From Azolla caroliniana (Eukaryota > Plantae > Polypodiophyta): a stretch of 8,652 bases of DNA. The translations under genes were made by a program, and so were the position numbers. Below, piece after piece: positions 1 through 7,409 of this stretch. The notes below the pieces were generated by a model that was not told the origin of the DNA, did not search any database, and saw only the letters and a program-made list of their open reading frames with translations. How positions within the stretch are numbered: position 1 is the first letter of the stretch; each line of letters begins with the position of its first letter. The stretch is taken from NCBI GenBank assembly GCA_043228905.1, contig JBHGNT010001424.1, positions 1 to 8,652 on the forward strand. The letters run 5' to 3'.

Positions 1-546
1 AGCAATGGTTCAAATGACAGATAACAGGATAGGCTATAACATGTATTGATGTGTACGGTTTTCCCGTTCCGCAAAAAATATGGTTTTGTAGTTAGGTGCA
101 ATATGTGTAGTATAATGTGTGAAGCGTGAGACTCCACATTTTTCCCATGTTATGATACATTGGCGTTGCAAAAAGGCCTCATTTACTGAGGAATCTAGTG
201 ATGCATCATGAAGCAAGTGTCTTGCATCCCATCTACCAAACCTGTTTTTTATATTTTGCATCCAACTGAAACACTATATTTTGCTTTTATATGTATTTTG
301 GATCTTTTTGCTTGCTTCCCATGCAATTCTAGGAAGTCAATGTGAGAGACTTTTTTGAACCTTAAGCATGTATTCAACCCCCTTTTCCATGGCCATGATC
401 TCAATGGGAAGCGATCCTGTCTCGAGGAGGAGGGTGTAGGGCGTTTGTTTCTTACCTTGTAGAAACTTTGTAAGAAAATATTTTTGGACATTTTAAAATT
501 CTTTCCACGTAGATTTAGGGATGCTATCTCCCCATACTTCTACCCC

Positions 547-549
<3 letters not shown>
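1..549 (-). pseudogene. Degenerate LINE ORF2 fragment, region downstream of RT (RTE/RTEX-like clade)
   Basis: ORFs 493..675(-) and 34..261(-) share a frame. Manual read-through gives YGVEVWGDSIPKSTWKEF*NVQKYFLTKFLQGKKQTPYTLLLETGSLPIEIMAMEKGVEYMLKVQKSLSH*LPRIAWEASKKIQNTYKSKI*CFSWMQNIKNRFGRW... The pattern YGxEVWG...Q..FL..L..K..TP...LL.ETG.LP...(R)LP..A...W resembles the post-RT region of RTE/RTEX-type LINEs. The fragment runs off the window start. Confidence 0.75.
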
Positions 550-597
<48 letters not shown>

Positions 598-616
598 AGA
601 AGAAGAAGAAGAAGAA
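547..616. repeat. Compound microsatellite (AT)8-(GA)16-(GAA)8
   Basis: Read directly: (AT)8 at 547-562, (GA)16 at 563-594, (GAA)8 at 593-616. Confidence 0.97.
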
Positions 617-1499
617 GTAGAAGAAGCGAAATTGTTTTTATTGTTGCGCTCTCTATCGGCAACATAATTGAGCATAAAGACAAGAGTTAGAAATCCCTTG
701 ATTAGAGCTTCGTAACGAGATATAGCAAGTTAAGTTTGGTGGTCTGTATAAGAAGCAACGATAAAAATAAGGAATCTTGTGTTGTCGGCATCCACATACT
801 CAACACACTTTGCGGGTCTTCTATTGTCTTCATCATCTTCGACCTCTTCAATCGGGTGAGTTCTGGTTGTCTCTCTTGTTCATGGAAATTTGTTTTTATC
901 TTGGATTGATATCACATCAAGAATAATGGATATAAACATGAATTCCTCACAAATTGTGAGGGACATTGATATGGAAACAATTGATCCAAAAAAGAGTAAT
1001 GTGATGGTTGAATGTAATCGTGAAAAGGAAGACATTGGAAGCTCAAAGAGGTTTAAGGGTATTGAAGAAATTAATAAGAAAAAATTGACATATGCCAAAG
1101 TAATACATGTAGATGAGGTTGACAAGGATCATTGTAATTGGGATAATTTATGGGGAATTGCAAATACCTTGTCTAATATTGTGGAAGAAAATGAAAATGT
1201 AGTGAAAGAATGCATTGATGTGGAAGTTGATGCTAAGGCAATGTTGCAATCTTTTGATGTATTCTATGATCACGCGGTTATATTATTTTTTACCGAGAAA
1301 CTCCCATATATTAATTGGATTAAACAATGGTTCAACACAATCGTGTCACCAAATTGTTTTGGAAATATATATGCAAGACCACGAGGGTTTTATGATGTAG
1401 TATTTTGTTCACCGGAACATCGAAGTGCATTGTTGGCTAAAGTTCTTGTGTTTTTTTATAAATGATTGGTGCATGTAATGCAATGGTCCCCAGTAGTGG

Positions 1500-1995
1500 C
1501 AACAATCGGCAACGGTTCGGTTTGAACTGAACCGAACCATGAAACCGCGGTTTAACGACTTAACGGTTTAAACGGTTTGGTTCGATTCGATTAGATTTAG
1601 ATTTAGGTTTTTATTAACGGGTGGGTTCAGTTTCAGTAGTAAAAAACCGTGGTTTAAACGGTTTAACAGTTTTTTATTTTTTATTTTTAAAAAATTTAAA
1701 AGATTGTTTTTAAACAATCTTCTTTTCATTTTTAGACCTTATTCTCACATTTTAGGAACATCTTTAAAATTTAAAAATTTAAAAAAAAATGAAATATGAC
1801 CTATGTTGAAAACCAAAACCAAACCACAAAACCGTGGTTTTTACGGTTTAATAGTTTAATGGTTTGAAAAATGTTTACCGATTCGGTTTAACAGTTTCGT
1901 GGTTTGGTTCAGGTTTCAAAAAATTTACACTGTTCAATTCCAAACTGGTTCAGTTTGGACCCTCTCAAACCAAACCAAACCGTTGCCGATTGTTA
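1500..1995. mobile_element. Non-autonomous TIR DNA transposon (MITE), hAT-like
   Basis: Left end CAACAATCGGCAACGGTTCGGTTT versus reverse complement of right end TAACAATCGGCAACGGTTTGGTTT (22/24 match). Flanks are AGTAGTGG (1492-1499) and CATAGTGG (1996-2003), with TAGTGG exact. Many subterminal AACCG/CGGTT motifs, an AT-rich core, and no transposase. Excision restores ORF1. Confidence 0.9.
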
Positions 1996-2686
1996 CATAG
2001 TGGACTATCATGCTTTGTTAAAAGAAGAGTGCCCTGTTTGGGTAACGGTGGATTGTAAGCATGCTTTTTTATGGTCACTTTTACCAGAGTTGATGAGTCA
2101 AATGGGTAAAGTGTTGATATCTCCACATGGAAATGCTACAAATAAGTGCAGATTTTGCGTGTTATGGGATACAAGTTGTAAGAGGCCAGGATGGGTGCGT
2201 ATGAACACACATGGTATGAAAAGACTTTGTTTTAAATTGAAGGGAGAGACATTTGCAGGTCATTGTTTTGGATGTGGTAAATGGGGTCACTTTATGGTGG
2301 AATGCCACTGTCATTGTCCTTCAACCATAGAGGTTCCTAATGAAGGGAATGGTAAGGAAGGAGTTGGGAGAGTTGTTGGTGTGTCAGATACTGTGGTTGT
2401 TATGGATGAAGGAACATCATCTAGAGCAAGCTATAAAGAGGTCTCACTTCAAGGTTTGGGCCCTTAGAATAAGGGAACTCAATTTGATTCATTGGGATGA
2501 GTTGTAAATTCATCAAATTCTTGAGGTTTTTGTCAAATGGGAGGACTGAAACAAAAGATTTCGATAGACAACCCTAAGGATGTGGTGCATGAAAATCAAA
2601 ATGCAACATTGGAACATGATTTGACTAGTTTAATGACATTGGTTGCTGTAAACGTAAGTGTTTGCGGAAGCGTAAAACAGAGAACA

Positions 2687-2690
<4 letters not shown>

Positions 2691-2724
<34 letters not shown>
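2691..2724. repeat. (AG)17 microsatellite inside the solo LTR
   Basis: Read directly. Confidence 0.97.
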
Positions 2725-2728
<4 letters not shown>

Positions 2729-2784
2729 ACACGGTTCCAAAATTATATCAAGACTCTCCATCTACACACTGTGCTAAGTAGCAC

Positions 2785-2792
2785 TATTTATA
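2785..2792 (-). promoter_or_regulatory. Putative TATA box of the solo LTR
   Basis: TATTTATA on + equals TATAAATA on -, lying between the GC-rich U3-like region and the (CT)n-containing R/U5-like region. Confidence 0.6.
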
Positions 2793-3098
2793 CAAGTCCT
2801 CTTGGGACTGACAGAAGTACCATGTACTTCAATGCTCACACGAGCATCTGACACTTACTACGCGACTATAGCTACCTAGTAGTCTATCCTATACTAGGCT
2901 TCCGATTGGACTGCCGGTTACGGATTGCACCCGGCCTCCACTGCTTGCCGGTTCGGTTGCTCACCGTCATGCCGATCCTTTTCGCCCGATCCGTCTCGCT
3001 TACCGGCTCCGGCTTATTCAGCCGATCCGGCTCCGGTTGAGCTTGCCGCTCAACAGTTGCTCTGAAGGAGAAAGTGCACCAATAACATTGCTCATTGA

Positions 3099-6000
3099 AT
3101 GAAAGTGGTAACATGGAATGGGATAGGGGCATGTTCTCCTCATAAGAAGTATATATTATTGGAAACTTTGTTAAGTTGAGAATGGGACGTATTATGTGCA
3201 GTTGAGCACAAGTGTCATGAGTTAGCAGGATCCACAGTTCATTGGTGTGGATATTCATCATTTTATGCAAGACATCTAATCGTTATTCAGGCGTGGTATT
3301 AATCGTGCGTGATAAATATTATCCTCAAGTGGTGCATAATGATCCTTATGGTCGGTTTTTTGTTCTTGAAATCACTTTTTTTGATGAGGTTGTGTGGGTG
3401 GTTGGGATTTATGCCCCTAACCAAGCCACTCAACGTATTGCATTATGGGGTTCTCTCCTTCAAACCCTATGTGTGGGCCGTCCAGGATTACTTATGGGTG
3501 ACTTTAACATGTGTATTGATGCATCTCAATCTACATCTGAACATTCAATCATGGATGATCTTGAACAACTTGCTTGGGATTAATTGATTATGGAGGTTCT
3601 GAAGTTGGATGTTTGGACATGGTTGCATGGGAATGATCCAGGTTTTACCTTCCAATCCGCCCACCATAGACAAACATGGAGTTAGTTAGATAGAATGTAT
3701 GTGATGCATGATGATTCTTTCTTACCAACATCACGTCATATGAAAGTTCTACAAGATGTAGGAACTTCAGATCACTTTCCTATTTGTTTGGAAGTTTGTA
3801 GTCATGCAATTGACATGTATCAATCCTTACTTGGAAAGCCTCCATTACGCTTTAACTCTTCTCTTTTGATTCAACCTCACTTTGATTCTCTCATGGAGCA
3901 AATTTTGGTAAATTTTTCACAACAAGTGAATCTTAAAGGAGTTAAAGCATATGATATCACGTTACAAAACATTAAGATCATTTATCATATGTATGGAGTA
4001 ACTAATGCTCAACGAAGAAGAGGTCTTCTTCGACAATTCTCACAAGTTCTCTCCAGGTGTAATGCATTATTGATACATGGACCATTAGATGAGGAACTTT
4101 TGGATATCCAGAGTCAATTGCATGTTATTATTTTTCAGTTGCAATGCCAAAGTTATCGTTATGCTAAGATGTGACAACTCAGGGATGGGCTCATAGATAA
4201 TCAATGTCAATCTCATTTATTTTTCTAAGCATTACATCCTACTTAGCTCGATCTAATGTGATACATGTGAAGCAAGGGGATGAATTGATAGTGGATCCTA
4301 CTACAATAATTGATATATGTATTCATTACTTTAAGAAGTTGATTGGCCCACAATTGTTAATGATAAATGAGGTGAGTAGAGCACATCATGAGTTTTATGA
4401 TGTGGTTGGATGTATTGTGCATGACCTCATTAGTCATGAATTGGATGCAGATTTCACTAAGGATGAGGTGGACACGATTTTAAGGCATCTTCCTAGTGGT
4501 AAGAGCCCCAGTTGGGATGGCTTGACAAATCAAGTTTTTAAGCGATATTAAATCATTTTAAAGGGGCCCTTAACTTTGATGTTTCAGCATTCTTCGGATT
4601 CTGATAGTATGCTTCAAGCTTGGAAGGTTGGTCTAATTAAATTAGTTCCAAAGGTGGCATCTCCCAAGTCATTTCATCAATGGAAACCTATTTCTTTGAT
4701 GGGGGGGTTGTATAAGATATTTACAAAGGTATTGACAAATAGATTACAAAAGTATTTTCCAAAGTTGATATATCCCGCCCAATATGCTTTTATTGCAGGT
4801 AGGAATATATTGCATAATGTTTTGAATGTTCAAATGGCCATGGATTATGCTCGAAACACTCATTAAGAATTGATTACGTTGCAATTAGATTTGGAGAAAG
4901 CTTATGATCATGTTAATTGGTCCTTTATTTCTGGGTTAATGCATACAATGGGCTTTAGACCTCGTATGTCTCGCCTCATATTTTTATTAGGACAAGATGT
5001 GGTGTCTTGAGTAATGCTTAATGGGGGAGTTACATCAGATATTGCCCTCACAAGATCCGTTCGTCAAGGATGACCTCTTAACCCATTGTTTGCTATTATT
5101 ACTCATCCCTTGGAGTGATGCTATCAAGGCTTGCAACAAATGGTGACATTATGGGTCTACACCTTCCGTCTGGAGGGCAACTAGTAGCACAAGCTTTGCT
5201 GGATGATTATTTGATGTTTCTACCAGCCTCACAAGAGAATCTTGAGAAGGGGATGCTTGTATGGAATCAATTTGCATTGGCTTCTGGATTACATATAAAT
5301 TGGAGGAAGTCTAGTCTCATATCATGTACTGAAAGGGATTTGGAATGTTTGGGATGGCAAGGATCCGTGGTGAAGAAACGCTCTATTTTTCGACATTTGG
5401 GCTATCCATTAGGAATGAATGTTACAAATGGTCAATTGATTGAATGGATGTCTAGTAAGTTGAGGGATAAGTTCATGTATTGGATGGAAGTCACAATCTT
5501 GGCCATTTCGTGTACTCTTGGAGGTTGTACAATGTATTATGGGACCCATGATATTATATTACTTGCCATTGTTGCCATGGAAAAAGAAGGCTTTGCATTT
5601 TGTTTTGCAACCTCTTCGATATTTGTTGTGGAAGAAGAGGGATAAGATGGGAATCACTTGGGTTGCATGGAATCATCTCACAACCCCTAAGCACTTGGGG
5701 GGAGCTGGAATATTGAACTTATCTATGCATATGATGGCTCGTAGATTTTCATTATTACAAGACATGTGTTCAAACTCACAACCGTGGATATCTAAATTGT
5801 TCAATATTTCATTGAGAACAAGGGTTTAACACGCGGGAGGACAACGATTAAGGCTTCATGGTGGCAATTATTGAATGGATGTATTTCACTTAGGATTCTG
5901 GGCTCTTCACGTGTTCAACACTTGGTTACCTCATGGCAAGAAGCACTCTTGTTATGTGTACGGAAACCATCATCTAGTAGAGAGCATTGTAATTCTTTGC

Positions 6001-6929
6001 AAAAAGAGTTACTTGTGTCTTCTCGATTTTTATGTTGGCCAGGAAAGGAGAGATTGCACTCTCAATTTAATCGTTTGTTTCGTTTGGGGGTCAAAGAGGT
6101 GGGAGATATAGTTGAGGCTTCATCTCAAAGAATTTTGGAGTTTGTTGAAGCGCAACAATTATTATGCACCCTGCCTAATAATGGGTTTATTTGGCAACAA
6201 CTACAAGATATTGCATTGATGCAAGGTCCCTTACCTCTACAAACAAGAGAACAATTGTGGATTGATTTGTGTTTACGGGGTCAAACATTGTTGTTACAAG
6301 TGACTACTAATCTTTTGCATCATTGCTTTGTTGAGTGTCTTGGATGATTATCATCTAAGGCTGAAGAAGAATGGAAAATACACAAATCTGATCATGGGTG
6401 GTGGCAGATTTTATCACGTAGTTGGCATTCTAAATTGCCACTTGTAGCAAAGGTCTTCATTTGGAGAGTTTTGATTGGAGAATTGCCTTTGGGATTAGCT
6501 CTAAAGCATCGTGGATTAGCAACGGGTAATTGCTTCTTTTGCACTGTTCAAATGGAAGATAGTACTCATCGATTTATACAATGTCCAATTGCTTGTGAGA
6601 TTTGGAGTTACATTTCTCAAATTTGGCGAGTTTTATCATGATGTGATTTGACACCTAGACAATGGGTGTTTGTGTAATTTACATAGGTTGACCCAAAATC
6701 AGAGATGGAGATCGTTTTCCTATTTCTAAGATATTAGGGATTGCGTCATAATTGGAACATGCGCAACACTTTTATATTCTATGGTAGACATGGAGTGCAA
6801 GCATATCTACGAAAGTTGAAGGGAGTACTAATGTGGCAATTTTCTTTATTGGAACAAGCAAAAATTCTTTCCTCAGTAGAGTTTTCGTCTTGCCTATTGG
6901 CAATTCAACATGTTCCACTACCCATGTAG
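3099..6929 (+). pseudogene. L1 ORF2 polyprotein: APE endonuclease, reverse transcriptase, zf-RVT; many stops and at least 5 frameshifts
   Basis: Starts MKVVTWNGIG at 3099 (missed by the ORF track). Endonuclease motifs: WDVLCAVEHK, GIYAPN, MGDFN, S*LDR (3680-3694), SDHFPI. RT motifs: GKSPSWDG, WKPISL..GLYKIFTKVLTNRL, QYAFIAGR, LDLEKAYD (4885-4908), RQG*PL (5062-5079), LLDD (5196-5207), RHLGYPL, GGAGI. zf-RVT: KVFIWR...CFFC...EDSTHRFIQC. Ends TAG 6927-6929. Confidence 0.95.
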
Positions 6930-6938
6930 TGTAGTTAG

Positions 6939-7245
6939 TGTTGATCGACTATGCCGAAAACGTATGTGTGTGTATATGAGGACATGTCGTATGTGTTCAA
7001 CAAACTACACAGAATGGAGGCAAGAAGATACAACAAAAGATAACACGGTTTAAGCTTTAATGGAAGCTCTGTTATTGCATTCATTCTCTCTCTCTCTCTC
7101 TCTCTGTGAGATCGCTATGTTTGATGGTCATGAAGTTCTCACTCTTTTACACTGTTAGGTTATTGCTTATATACTAAGCCCTAACTCTATTGGACGAGTT
7201 CACACAACGATACAAATTGGAAGGAGTCGTCCTTTTATGCCAATA
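6939..7245 (-). repeat. 3' LTR of the copia element (~307 bp)
   Basis: On + it reads TGTTGATCG (6939) ... GCCAATA (7245), one transition away from the canonical TGTTG...CAACA. It lies 2 nt from the PPT. Minus-strand TATATAAG at 7166-7173 and (TC)10 at 7085-7104. The partner LTR is outside the window, so boundaries are inferred. Confidence 0.78.
7085..7104. repeat. (TC)10 microsatellite inside the copia LTR
   Basis: Read directly. Confidence 0.95.
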
Positions 7246-7247
7246 AA

Positions 7248-7256
7248 CTCCCTCAT
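7248..7256 (-). other. Polypurine tract (PPT) of the copia element
   Basis: Minus strand ATGAGGGAG-TT-TATTGG resembles the typical copia GAGGGGGAG-nn-TGTTGG PPT/LTR junction. Confidence 0.7.
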
Positions 7257-7409
7257 AAAAGAACTACTCTTTCCTGCTTGTACAAGTATTTGGGGTTAGC
7301 TCCCTCGTAAACCTAGATTACAAAATTAATCTAAATTTATATTTACAAGTCAGTCGGCATGTGGCTGAGTTGGCAGAGATGTGTTCAATGTCTAGCCTGG
7401 TTCGGCTGG

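Larger units (their letters stand above)
2647..3055 (-). mobile_element. Solo LTR (409 bp), probably copia-type
   Basis: Bounded by TGT...ACA with a perfect 5 bp TSD GTTGC (2642-2646 and 3056-3060). Minus-strand TATAAATA at 2785-2792. GC-rich U3-like part at ~2890-3055. No internal domain. Excision restores the ORF1 frame. Confidence 0.92.
926..3085 (+). pseudogene. L1 ORF1 (gag-like nucleic-acid-binding protein, DUF4283-like region plus zinc knuckle), split by two insertions and nonsense codons
   Basis: ORFs 890..1465, 1904..2467 and 2537.. are in one frame. Removing 1500-2003 gives FFYK*LVHVMQWSPVVDYHALLKEECPVWVTV. The knuckle CFGCGKWGHFMVEC (CX2CX4HX4C) is at 2264-2305. Removing 2647-3060 gives LMTLVALKEKVHQ* (TAA 3083-3085). 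First in-frame ATG is at 926. Start and stop are inferred. Confidence 0.85.
547..6938 (+). mobile_element. Near full-length degenerate L1-clade LINE retrotransposon (5'UTR-ORF1-ORF2), interrupted by nested insertions
   Basis: Collinear ORF1 (PVWV motif, CCHC knuckle) then APE, RT and zf-RVT motifs, all on the + strand. The 5' boundary is approximate (microsatellite). The 3' UTR is cut by the copia LTR at 6939 and no poly(A) tail is visible. Confidence 0.92.

Noticed and set aside
249-491. 80 aa minus-strand ORF
   Set aside because: It is an alternative frame over the LINE fragment. The motif-bearing frame is a different one.
493-675. ORF with poly-Ser and SLSL runs
   Set aside because: It is a chimera of the antisense L1 5'UTR, the microsatellite and the start of the LINE fragment, not a gene.
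856-861. GTGAGT splice-donor-like site followed by a pyrimidine-rich tract in the L1 5'UTR
   Set aside because: No convincing acceptor before the ORF1 ATG and no transcript evidence.
880-1400. ORFs 880..1125(-) and 1215..1400(+)
   Set aside because: Antisense or off-frame shadows of L1 ORF1 with no motifs.
1500-1995. Repetitive region as a CRISPR array or replication-origin iterons
   Set aside because: No constant repeat with unique spacers, the context is eukaryotic, and TIRs plus TSD explain it as a MITE.
1864-2058. ORF 1864..2058 and the N-terminal 33 aa of ORF 1904..2467
   Set aside because: Fortuitous reading through the MITE end.
1500-3060. Both ORF1 insertions (504 and 414 bp including TSD) are multiples of 3
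   Set aside because: This has about a 1 in 9 chance. Both inserts contain in-frame stops and lack GT-AG ends, and ORF1 has independent nonsense codons, so there is no sign of frame-preserving selection or intron-like behaviour.
2537-3270. ORFs 2537..2851(+) with an RERERE run and 2884..3270(-)
   Set aside because: They are chimeras across the solo LTR junctions. The RE run is just (AG)17.
2647-7245. The two LTRs as the paired ends of one element that captured the L1 ORF2
   Set aside because: They differ in length and sequence, and the first has its own TSD on both sides.
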